From Eledone cirrhosa (lineage: Eukaryota), in the NCBI GenBank assembly GCA_964016885.1, contig OZ024761.1, positions 24,490,001-24,554,000 on the forward strand: a stretch of DNA of 64,000 nucleotides. Direction: 5' to 3'. Positions within the stretch are counted from its first letter, which is position 1. Each line of letters begins with the position of its first letter. Below the pieces are notes generated by a model. The model was not told where the DNA came from. It saw only the letters and a list, made by a program, of their open reading frames with translations, and made no database searches. Below are positions 24,652 to 35,830 of the stretch, one piece after another. The translations under genes were made by a program, and so were the position numbers.

Positions 24652-27350
24652 TATTTACACATATTTTTTCCTCTGCTGCTACGCGTCTTTTTCGTTCTAT
24701 GTATCTTTACCCTTTCTAGCAGTCTCTCTCTCTGTTAGTCTCTTCCTGACTCTTCCTCACCCTTCACTCACTCATTCTCTGTCACTACCTCTCCTCCTCC
24801 TCTTTCTTCCCGTTTGACCTGTGTGTAATTCTTTTCTCCCGCACGCTGGCCAAGCTGGTCTGAATTTTTTCTCTCTCTCGTCTACGATTTCACAGAACTT
24901 ATGTTTACCGAATTCGCAGACCAGACCCCTTCTTCCTCGCGTTAGACCTCTGCGAAATTCCTTCCTTGCTCACATTTCAACCAGGTTTGATGGTCTTTAT
25001 TCTCTCGTTCACGATTTCACCGAATTTAAATTCATAGAAATCTGGGACTTGTCTCTTTCTTCCTCACTTTCTGTTGCTTCACCATTTCGTTTGTTTACCC
25101 TCGCGTCCCCTTTATTTACGTGTCCCAACGACTTTTTTTAGCCGTTGCTCGCACCAACCGAAGGTATATGGTCTTTAAAGCGATGAAATGCCTATGATGG
25201 TTGGAAGATCACTGATGAAGGACAAACTTTTTTCATATGTAACCCATTTGCAATTCCGCAGCGCCCTTATTATCATATTTACACATATTTTTTCCTCTGC
25301 TGCTACCGTCTTTTTCGTTCTATGTATCTTTACCCTTTCTAGCAGTCTCTCTCTCTGTTAGCCTCTCTCTCTGTTAGCCTCTTCCTCACCCTTCCTCACC
25401 CTTCACTCACTCATTCTCTGTCAGTACCTCTCCTCCTCCTCTTTCTTCCCGTTTGACCTGTGTGTAATTCTTTTCTCCCGCACGCTGGCCAAGCTGGTAT
25501 GAATTTTTTGTCTCTCTCGTCTATGATTTCACAGAACTTATGTTTACCGAATTCGCAGACCAGACCCCTTCTTCCTCCCGTTAGACCCGTGCGAAATTCC
25601 TTCCTTGCTCACATTTCAACCAGGTTTGATGGTCATTATTCTCTCGTTCACGATTTCACCGAATTTAAATTCATAGAAATCTGGGACTTGTCTCTTTCTT
25701 CCTCACTTTCTGTTGCTTCACCATTTCGTTTGTTTACCCTCGCGTCCCCTTTATTTACGTGTCCCAACGACTTTTTTTAGCCGTTGCTCGCACCAACCGA
25801 AGGTATATGGTCTTTAAAGCGATGAAATACCTATGATGGTTGGAAGATCACTGATGAAGGACAAACTTTTTCATATGTAACCCATTTGCAATTCCGCAGC
25901 GCCCTTATTATCATATTTACACATATTTTTTCCTCTGCTGCTACGCGTCTTTTTCGTTCTATGTATCTTTACCCTCTCTGTTAGCCTCTTCCTCACCCTT
26001 CACTCACTCATTCTCTGTCACTACCTCTTCCCGTTTGACCTGTGTGTAATTCTTTTCTCCCGCACGCTGGCCAAGCTGGTATGAATTTTTTCTCTCTCTC
26101 GTCTACGATTTCACAGAACTTACGTTTACCGAATACGCAGACCAGACCCCTTCTTCCTCCCGTTAGACCTCTGCGAAATTCCTTCCTTGCTCACATTTCA
26201 ACCAGGTTTGATGGTCTTTATTCTCTCGTTCACGATTTCACCGAATTTAAATTCATAGAAATCTGGGACTTGTCTCTTTCTTCCTCACTTTCTGTTGCTT
26301 CACCATTTCGTTTGTTTACCCTCGCGTCCCCTTTATTTACGTGTCCCAACGACTTTTTTTAGCCGTTGATCGCACCAACCGGAGGTATATGGTCTTTAAA
26401 GCGATGAAATACCTATGATGGTTGGAAGATCACTGATGAAGGACAAACTTTTTTCATATGTAACCCATTTGCAACCCCTGCAGCGCCCTTATTATCATAT
26501 TTACACATATTTTTTCCTCTGCTGCTACGCGTCTTTTTCGTTCTATGTATCTTTACCCTTTCTAGCAGTCTCTATCTCTGTTAGCGCCTTCCTCACCCTT
26601 CACTCACTCATTCTCTGTCACTACCTCTCCTCCTCCTCTTTCTTGCCGTTTGACCTGTGCGTAATTCTTTTCTCCCGCACGCTGGCCAAGCTGGTATGAA
26701 TTTTTTCTCTCTCTCGTCTACGATTTCACAGAACTTATGTTTACCGAATTCGCAGACCAGACCCCTTTCTTCCCCCCGTTAGACCTCTGCGAAATTCCTT
26801 TCTTGCTCACATTTCAACCAGGTTTGATGGTCTTTATTCTCTCGTTCCCGATTTCACCGAATTTAAATTCATAGAAATCTGGGACTTGTCTCTCTCTTCC
26901 TCACTTTCTGTTGCTTCACCATTTCGTTTGTTTACCCTCGCGTCCCCATTATTTACGTGTCCCAACGACTTTTTTTAGCCGTTGCTCGCACCAACCGAAG
27001 GTATATGGTCTTTAAAGCGATGAAATGCCTATGATGGTTGGAAGATCACTGATGAAGGACACACTTTTTTCATATGTAACCCATTTGCAATTCCGCAGCG
27101 CCCTTATTATCATATTTACACATATTTTTCCTCTGCTGCTATCGGTCTTTTTCGTTCTATGTATCTTTACCCTTTCTAGCAGTCTCTCTCTCTGTTAGCC
27201 TCTTCCTCACCCTTCATTCACTCATTCTCTGTCACTACCTCTCCTCCTCCTATTCCTTCCCGTTTGACCTGTGTGTAATTCTTTTCTCCCGCACGCTGGC
27301 CAAGCTGGTATGAATTTTTTCTCTCTCGTCTACGATTTCACAAAACTTAC
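24652..27350 (+). repeat. Tandem array, ~4.4 units of 582-639 bp, each full unit carrying a rearranged hammerhead-like motif
   Basis: Motif AGGTATA ends at 25168, 25807, 26389 and 27005 (periods 639/582/616). The array is flanked by (TA)n. Confidence 0.95.
25122..25223 (+). ncRNA. Non-circularly permuted hammerhead-like RNA motif, array 1 copy 1 (others: 25761-25862, 26343-26444, 26959-27060)
   Basis: AGGUA-UA/UGGUCU ... GAAA-U(A/G)CCU ... AGAUCA-CUGAUGA. Stems I and III pair, and stem I and the auxiliary helices covary with the array-2 motif. Confidence 0.72.
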
Positions 27351-27364
27351 ACATATATATATAC

Positions 27365-27397
<33 letters not shown>

Positions 27398-27652
27398 CAT
27401 ACATATATATATACATATATATATACATATATATACATATATATATATATACACATATATAAAAGGAGATTAATATCCCCACAGGTACTAAGTACCCCTG
27501 GACATATATAGGGTGTCTATGATACAGTGGTGTTCCATGGTATTAATTTGACATACCAGAACTATAAAATTGAGATAAGCGGTCAAGTAAAATTCAAACA
27601 ATTTCTTAAAATAAATAAAAAAATATAATTTAAATATTTATCTAATCCATTT

Positions 27653-27709
27653 GCTTTTACCGACGGTTTCACCTTACAAACGATGGAAATGTTCGGATCA
27701 TCAGAGAGC
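27653..27709 (-). ncRNA. Minimal type-I hammerhead motif (slightly decayed)
   Basis: Minus strand: gcucu-CUGAUGA-ucc..ggu-GAAA-ccgucgg-UA-aaagc. Confidence 0.65.
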
Positions 27710-28039
27710 ACTTTCCTTTCCTAGGACAGAAATCCCAAGAATGGCAAAATATATTGCCAGCTAGCACAGGATCGAACGAGGCCGTAGACTTGACCTATGC
27801 ATGAACCAGCCAGTAAAAGGTCGAAAAAAGTGTACACTTTTTTCGAACTTTTATACACTATCCTTAGAATCTGCTGTATAGATTTCACTTTCAACGCTTG
27901 ACAGGGTTCCCCCCACTCCCTCTTTGTTCTACTGGCAAGTTCAGCCACCCCTACCTCCCCCCAAATGCCGTGATAGATTCATCGGTCTTTACAACACATT
28001 TTTTACCAATCCTTTTGACAATTACTATCTTCCCATGTA

Positions 28040-28152
28040 AGGAAATACCCCCTGAGAAGTTGGGCTATTTATTTACCAGGCTAAAAATTCTTATTTAGTC
28101 CAGAAATAGCCGTTGAAACGGCTTGAGCTCTGCCGTCGGGGTCATACTTGTT

Positions 28153-28156
<4 letters not shown>
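28040..28156 (+). mobile_element. Family A copy preserving a near-complete, degenerate hammerhead
   Basis: acccc-CUGAGAA(g)-..ggcuauuu..aaauagcc..-GAAA-cggc..gccg-UC-ggggu. The core deviates from CUGAnGA. Confidence 0.6.
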
Positions 28157-28202
<46 letters not shown>

Positions 28203-28749
28203 CATACATTTTGGTGTGTGGGGAGCGCCTGTTTTTCTGTGTATGTATATAGACGTAGAGACACTAGGGAAAGTAAGATGAATTACAATATAAATAAATA
28301 AAGCTGAAAGAACTTAGAATTTCTGTATCCAAGACAATTGTGTTTTATTCAAGAAAGAATCTTTTAACGATGCTTCCAAACTTTGCTGTGTCAGCTCTAA
28401 ATGTAGGTTTACAGTAAGATGATATATACACAAAATAACTACAAACAATAGCCACAAATATTCCAACATTAACATTAACTGTTATAATCCACCATTCAAT
28501 TTAACATTTCAAACAGCAAAACACCATTTCTTAACCTGTTGACTTCCGCGTATATTTTACACAGCTAGAGTTGCCGTGCTGAGTTTTTTCAATAAAATGA
28601 CTATTTTTTTAAACAAACATTTATTAACAACACATATCCGAATGATTGACAAATGTCACATCAATAAACTTGTAACCCCATCTAGCCGTGAAATCATGAA
28701 CTGCTGGAATCGAGTTCATAAGTATGAATTTTTGAAGAGTTCAATCATG

Positions 28750-28814
28750 TTAAGACGAGTAATCTCGTCCGTGGCACTGGAATGCATGCATGTCAGGACT
28801 AGTTATCTCGTCTA
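28750..28814 (-). CDS. Candidate terminal exon of an unknown small protein
   Basis: Acceptor ttttcactgcag, phase 1, reading (V)DEITSPDMHAFQCHGRDYSS*. It lies in ~800 bp of non-repetitive DNA with a downstream AATAAA (~28345). No homology recognised. Confidence 0.25.
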
Positions 28815-29204
28815 CTGCAGTGAAAAGGTTAAAGTTACTTTCAAAACACTTTCACTTAAAGAAACACAAAATATACCTCCAGCATACGATTTACCAAAAA
28901 TACTGAAGCAAATACTAAAGCCTGTATCACTACCGATTAATCAATAATTTTTTCAAAAAGCATAGTGTTAAAATGTAAAGTGCAAACTAATCATTGGTTT
29001 ACTTTTCAATGAACTTAAAGCGTGGTATCATCAACAGATCCACACCTTCAGGGATAAACAGAGACGCCACTGATCAAGTTTATTCATGTATATATATATA
29101 TATATATATATAGCCGGTTGGTGAGTAATAGTATTTATTAGAGGAGGTACTTTTTGAACGTCAGACACCTTGTTGACGTAAAAACAGTTCAGATTACATT
29201 ATTA

Positions 29205-29660
29205 TTGAATTGGCAGTATCGGTAGAGGGTCGGACGCCATGCTTTCCAGCATAGTTACATCCCTTTATGATCTGAGTTCAAATCCCGCCGAGGTTGACTT
29301 TGCCTTTCATCCTTACGGGGTCGATAAAATAAAGTACCAGTAATGCACTGGGTAATTGCTGGCCTTGTGCCTAAAGTAGAAACAATTATTATTGAATTGG
29401 CAGTATCGGTAGAGGGTCCGACGCCATGCTTTGACGTATAGAGTTACGACCCTTGCCATTCTGAGTTCAAATCCCGTCGAGGTTAACTTTGCCTTTCATC
29501 CTAACGGGGGCCGATAAAATAAAGTACCAGTAATACACTGCGATAATTGCTGGCCTTGTGCCTATTGCAGGAACAATTATTATTATTATTATAAAAATAA
29601 AGTACCAGTAATGCACTGGTAATTACTGGCCTTGTGCCAAAAGTAGAAACAATTATTATT
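29205..29660 (+). mobile_element. Head-to-tail main-family SINE cluster (two near-full copies plus a 3' fragment)
   Basis: Repeated ttgaattggcagtatcgg...gtagaaacaattattatt. Confidence 0.9.
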
Positions 29661-29976
29661 GGAATCTCAGTCATTGATGTTATTTGACTGGAAAGTTTGT
29701 TCAACGGAACATGAAGCCGCTACCTGCAACCTCAGATATTCAGGACATGGCTATAAAACTGAGACTTGTTTGCATAATTGCAAACGAATCAAATGTTCTT
29801 ATTAATATTCGAAAAACTCAGATTACATTTATTATATAAATATATATATATAACAAATAGTTGATTGTTCTACATGGCGGAATACAATAAGTGAAATCTG
29901 AGTTATTCGAATATCAATAATAATATTCGATTCGTTTTTAATTATACAAAGAAGCCTCTTTAAAGTCATGTCAGAT

Positions 29977-30019
<43 letters not shown>

Positions 30020-30024
<5 letters not shown>

Positions 30025-30200
30025 ATCAAAAGATGGTAAAAAGAGTTCCATGTATTTTATTATGCGCATTTCAAAAACAAATATCATCATGCAATAACAT
30101 TTGCCTTTTCGTCTGATAAAATAGGGAGACATGATATGAAGGTTAAAACATTTGTGAATAGTGCAGTTTTAAATCAACATATAAACACTCACCTCCTACA
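30020..30200 (-). mobile_element. Diverged family B copy with decayed HHR
   Basis: Aligns to 10192-10360. The TCATCAG core is mutated to TCGTCTG. Confidence 0.7.
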
Positions 30201-30264
30201 TATATATATATATATATATATGTAATCTGACATGGCTTTAAAGATGCTTCTTTGTATATATATA

Positions 30265-30723
30265 TCGTTTCTGAATTTGTTTAGCAAGATTCTTTATCTA
30301 AAAACGTGTGTTGAAACCGATATTGTTATCATTTGGGAGGGTCATGTTGCCAATAAGAAACACGCACCAGTTGCTTTCACTCCAATTTATTATAAATTAA
30401 ATTTATAAATTTATAAATTTCCGTTTGGTTTGTTGGTTCTACGACAGGACTGTTGTTCATATATTGTCAAAGTTCTTTCGTCACACATTCTGTGACCTCG
30501 TCAATGACTGGGGATTCCTTTCTTTATTTTTGTGCCTCTCCTTTGTTCTGTCCTACGCCATCCTGTTTTTGTGTGACGAAAGAACTTTGACAATATATGA
30601 ACAACCGTCCGGTTGTGGAACCAACCAACCAACCGGAAATTTATAAATTTAATTTATAATAAATTGGAGTGAAAGCAACTGGTGCGTGTGTTTCTTATTA
30701 GCAACATGATTCTCCCAAAGCGT

Positions 30724-30764
<41 letters not shown>

Positions 30765-30996
30765 TATACTTCGTTTTTTAATTTGTTTTGTAAGATTTCT
30801 TATGTGAAAACGTGTGTTGATACAAGTATTTCTACTTTGGGAGGTTCATGCTGCCAAACACACGCATCTGTTGGTTTTCAATTCAATTTATTACAAATTT
30901 CCAGTTGGTTGGTTCAATAAACGGAAATTTATAATAAACTGAAGTGAAAATCGTCAGATGCGTGTGTTTTTATTGGCTGCAGGATGCTCCTCAAGT

Positions 30997-31005
<9 letters not shown>
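30265..31005. mobile_element. Inverted-repeat PLE-terminal-like elements (family G), with a degenerate HHR on the minus strand at 30466-30508
   Basis: 30333-30487 is the inverse of 30570-30720. Minus strand reads guca-UUGACGA-g-gucaca..ugugac-GAAA-gaac-UU-ugac. Another copy lies at 41860-42048. Confidence 0.7.
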
Positions 31006-31041
<36 letters not shown>

Positions 31042-31194
31042 GTGTATGTGTGTGTTTATATATGTATATAAATGTGTGAGTGTGTATATATATATATATA
31101 TATATATGTGCATGTGTGTTTATATATGTATATAGATGTGTGTATATATATATATATATGTGCATGTGTGTTTATATATGTATATAGATGTGTG

Positions 31195-31229
<35 letters not shown>

Positions 31230-31388
31230 TTATATATGTATATAGATGTGTGTATGTATATATATAGATGTGTGTATGTATATATATAGATGTGTGTATG
31301 TATATATATATGTGTGTGTGTGTTTATATATGTATATAGATGCGTGTATATATATATATATATATATGTGTTTATATATGTATATAGA

Positions 31389-31437
<49 letters not shown>

Positions 31438-31582
31438 GTGTGTGTATATATATATATATATATATGTATATAGATGTGTAAATGTGTTTGTATGTATGTA
31501 GAGTGAGAGAGAGAGAGAGAGAGCCATAGATTATGCCAGGTCTTTAGAGTAATACAGTTTCCAATATCAGAAAAAAACCCAC

Positions 31583-31683
31583 CAGAAAAATGAGAAAACT
31601 CAAAGTATTCCGCACCATAATGGCGGCAGAAAGAATGCACCAATATCGTATCTATAACAGAAACGTCTTTAGTCAAAATGACC
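31583..31683 (-). CDS. Candidate internal exon of an unknown protein
   Basis: ttttcgtag|G..G|gtgggt; 101 nt, open frame VILTKDVSVIDTILVHSFCRHYGAEYFEFSHFS. Its end phase matches the 28814 exon. Confidence 0.3.
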
Positions 31684-32019
31684 CTACGAAAATGGTAGTT
31701 TTGGCATTGTTATTATTTTATATTAGCATAACCCCTCTTAATACTAAGTTTCCAGTAATATGGTAAATACGATGGAACACAGACGAAATTCTTCGTAATC
31801 AGGGAGAAGATATTGTATAAGGATGGGATTACAGTAATAGAGTAATACATATAATATGATCAAACGCATGTTTAATCCAACGTGTATTTCTATCTATCTG
31901 TCTATCTATCTGTCTATCTATCTGTCTATCTATCTGTCTATCTATCTATCTGTCTATCTATCTGTCTATCTATCTATCTGTCTATCTATCTATCTGTCTA
32001 TCTATCTATCTATCTACCA

Positions 32020-32125
32020 TATTGAGGACGCCTTTGCATGTAAACTCCCCCCTTTGTACTTGTCCCACTTTTGATGCCCTGGTGGCAAATAAAAAGAAAG
32101 TTATCTATCTATCTCTATCTATCTA
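32020..32125 (+). mobile_element. Family E LINE 3' end in (TCTA)n
   Basis: Near-identical to 15805-15915 and 44075-44160. Confidence 0.7.
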
Positions 32126-32192
32126 CTTACCCACCTACATACCTACCTACCTACCCACCTACCTACCCACCTACATACCTAACCTACCTACA

Positions 32193-32239
<47 letters not shown>

Positions 32240-32240
32240 A

Positions 32241-32289
<49 letters not shown>

Positions 32290-32721
32290 GTCTGTACATA
32301 TTTCTCCCCACTCTCTCTCTCTCTCTCGTCATATGTTTATCTGACTAACTATATATATATATATATTTATCTATCGAGCGATCAATATATCTATCTTTCT
32401 GTCTCTCTCGCCCTCTCTCTCACTACTTACATATATGTGTGTGTATGTTGGTGTGTGTATGTGTGGGCATACACATATATAATATATTATAATAATTATA
32501 TATATATATATACATATATTTATGTATATATATGCACATATATGTATATATATATGTACATATATAGATAGATAGATATATAAAACAAAAGAATATAATA
32601 TAAGATGGTAAAATATAATATAATATAATATAATGTAATATATAATACCAAATAATATAGTAAAATATAATATAGTATAGTATAATATAATATAATATAA
32701 TATAATATAGTATAGTATAAT

Positions 32722-32828
32722 ATAATTGTTTCTACTTTTTGGCACAAGGCCAGCAAATACCCAGTGCATTACTGGTACTTTATTTTATCGACCCCGTAAG
32801 GATGAAAGGCAAAGTAAACCCCAGCGGT
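32722..32828 (-). mobile_element. 5'-truncated main-family SINE
   Basis: Reverse complement of the core and tail. Confidence 0.85.
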
Positions 32829-33279
32829 TATAGTATAATATAATATAATGTAATGTAATATATAATACAGTACAGTATAGTATAATATATAATATAATAT
32901 ATAGTATAATATAGTATAGTATAATACATTTTGCAATTTCTATGTTTTATGCCATGAAATAAATTGGATCGTGCTATATGCTATGGCAGAGAGAAATGTC
33001 AGTTCGATAAAGTGGCAATATTTCGTTACTCTAGACAGGATATCCGGTTTAACACAGACGCGTTAATCACTCTGATGACCATAGTGATCACATAAAAACG
33101 TTGCGCATGCGTACTATCGCCTTTGGCGTTTGGGTTTTCACGAATGATTGAGCAACGATATAATAAAATCGATTAATATTCAAAACATTGTGATAGGAAA
33201 TATCTGCATTACTGTTTTGATTTTCTTATACAGGAAGTGAATTAGGATGGTGAGCATGGATATGGCGCATGCACCCTAT

Positions 33280-34280
33280 ATTGTTGTTGTTGTCGTTGTC
33301 GTTGTCGTTGTTGTTGTTGTTTTTATTATTATTTTTATTATTATATTTATTATTATTTTTATTATTTTTATTATTGTAGCAGTGGTTGTGCTCGTTTTTA
33401 TTGTGGTTGTAGTAGTAGTAGTAATAGCATTAATAGTATTAGTAACAGAATGGTAGTAGTTTTAGTTATTATAGAAGTTTTAGTAGTTTTGCTTGTTTTT
33501 ATTTTGGTTGTTATAATAGTAGTAGTATTAGTAATAGATATTATAGTAGTTATTGTAGATATTATAGTAGAAATAGTAGTAGTAGTTGTTGTGCTTGTTG
33601 TTATAGTAGAAGTAGTAATAATATTAGTAATAGAATGGTAGTAGTTGTAGTTATAGAAGTTTTAGTAGTAGTAGTTGTGCTTGTTTTTATTTTGGTTGTT
33701 ATAGTAGTAGTATTAGTAATAGATATTATAGTAGTTATTGTAGATATTATAGTAGAAGTAGTAGTAGTAGTTGTTGTGCCTGTTGTTATAGTAGAAGTAG
33801 TAATAGTATTAGTAATAGACATTATAGTAGTTGTTTTTGTAGATATAGTAATTTTAGTAGCAGTAATAGTAGCAAAGGTCGTCGTTTTTGTAGTTGTTAT
33901 AGTTGTAATAGAGACGTTGGTGGTGATGGCAATGTTGGAGGTGGTGATTGTGGTTATAGTAATATTAGTAATATTAGTAGCAATTATAGGTGTTTTTGCT
34001 GTAGTAGTAGTAGTAGTAGATATAGTTGTAGTAGAAGTAATATGTTTGGTAGTGGTGGAGGTGCTGATTGTGGTGGTGGTGATGGTTGTGGTAATGGTGG
34101 AGGTGCTGATTGCTCTGGTAATCGTAGTGGGGGTGGTGGTGGTGCTGATTGTAATGGATGAATATGCTGTTACTCTTGTAGTATTACTAGTAGTTGTAGT
34201 ATTACTAGTAGTTATAGTAGTATTAGTAGTAGTGACGTTGGTGGTGGTGGTGTTTGCAGTTGTCGCCGCAAGAGTAGTGA
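33280..34280. repeat. Cryptic (GTA/GTT/ATA)n trinucleotide low-complexity region with an internal duplication
   Basis: Directly visible. Similar GTT/CAA-type fields occur at 36900-38180, 46500-46900, 48015-48570 and 50470-51480. Confidence 0.9.
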
Positions 34281-34311
34281 AAGTCTTTAGACAATATTTA
34301 GAAGGTGGAAA

Positions 34312-34376
<65 letters not shown>

Positions 34377-34610
34377 CTGCCACATATCCCAGAAAACATC
34401 CCCTTTAGGTTTCTAAAAAGGCAATTAAGTACAACTTGATACAATTTTCTTACCAATTCCACAGAAATTTAATTATCTTTGCTGCGACTGAAAAACAAAA
34501 TAGAAACCAAAAGCAATATGGAATCATTTTCATATTCTCATTTTGTTTCTCATATTTAAATATTGGTGTGCTTGGAGCTCTAAACCTCAGTCACCTTTTA
34601 AAAATATTAC

Positions 34611-34665
<55 letters not shown>

Positions 34666-34764
34666 GTGTGTGTGTATCTGTATCCATACATGCATGTATA
34701 TAGACAGGGTTACACACACACACACACACACACATACATTATATATATATGTATGACTGATTTA

Positions 34765-34923
34765 ATATAAAAGTAGCTTCTACAGGACTAGAACTGTTTA
34801 ATTGGAAGGAAATCACCATAAAAGCCACGTAGAAGGTAATTCTATATTAAATTTGTTGTATACACTCTGCTAATGCATTGAGTACCTTACTTGTTGGGGT
34901 TATCCCCGATGAAACTCGGGACT

Positions 34924-34925
<2 letters not shown>
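34765..34925. mobile_element. Family C short element (inverted head gcttctacaggactagaac plus body ...tgtattgagtac)
   Basis: Other copies at 36552-36640, 44180-44385, 49050-49100, 49235-49350 and 55150-55262. Confidence 0.7.
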
Positions 34926-34967
<42 letters not shown>

Positions 34968-34970
<3 letters not shown>

Positions 34971-35392
34971 TTAAATGTTAGAGAAAACAATACGAAAATT
35001 CTTGAGCAAATATATTTAATGGCTTACAGTTGTTTCGGAAACCATATCAGTCTTTCTTCAGCACATACATAAGATAATTATCGATTATAAAATCGATAAT
35101 AGTAAATGATGATAAAAAGAAAAGTTTGATGTGGTCTCCTCTTCGGAGCTGAATAGAAAAAGTAAACATAAACATTCCTAAATGCATATCACTGAAAATA
35201 GGGACTACAATAAATATAAAACCTAAAACATGCATCAAAAATATGTGGACGAGTAAGATAATAATACCTCTTCATAATAATAAATTATCATCTGTATGTA
35301 CTGAATACTGATATGGTTTCCGAAACAATTGTAAGCCATTAAATATATTTGTTCAAGAATTTAGGTATTGTTATCTCTAACATTTAATTTGT
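34968..35392. mobile_element. Inverted-repeat element with degenerate HHR core
   Basis: 34968-35080 is the inverse of 35284-35390. CUGAAGA..cc-GAAA-caa(c/u)ug-UA is present, but stem I pairs poorly. Confidence 0.65.
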
Positions 35393-35443
35393 GTATTAAA
35401 GCTCTGCTTATACAATCTTTTGTTTGACATTATAACTCTTGCT

Positions 35444-35629
35444 AAGGCGGTGGATTGGCAGTATCGGTAGAGGGTCGGACGCCATGCTTTCCAGCATAGT
35501 TACGTCCCTTTACGATCTGAGTTCAAGTCCCGCCGAGGTTGACTTTGCCTTTCATCCTTACGGGGTCGATAAAATAAAGTACCAGTAATGCACTGGGTAT
35601 TTGCTGGCCTTGTGCCTAAAGTAGAAACA
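35444..35629 (+). mobile_element. Full-length main-family SINE with 15-bp TSD
   Basis: TSD attataactcttgct at 35429-35443 and 35630-35644, plus A and B boxes. Confidence 0.92.
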
Positions 35630-35772
35630 ATTATAACTCTTGCTTACTTACATTGTTCACTTGTCTTGCATCTAATACGCATTGAGCACACTGTCCCCTT
35701 CACTACTGGCATACAAATTCTCATAACTAATCTCTTATCTCTACTCCTTGATTAGTTTATATGAATAATTTA

Positions 35773-35830
<58 letters not shown>

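Noticed and set aside
25154-25204. SECIS element reading of the CCAACC..ATGA..GGTTGG hairpin
   Set aside because: The AUGA lies on the 3' arm, the stem lengths do not fit, and there is no selenoprotein context. The hammerhead interpretation explains more conserved positions.
24821-26362. Repeated 106-aa ORF ([10 protein letters not shown]...) in array 1
   Set aside because: It has a non-ATG (GTG) start, is broken in unit 4 and has no counterpart in array 2. Conservation between the arrays fits RNA structure instead.
33064-33095. CTGATGA at 33072 (also 23818) as a hammerhead
   Set aside because: No appropriately placed GAAA or stem III.
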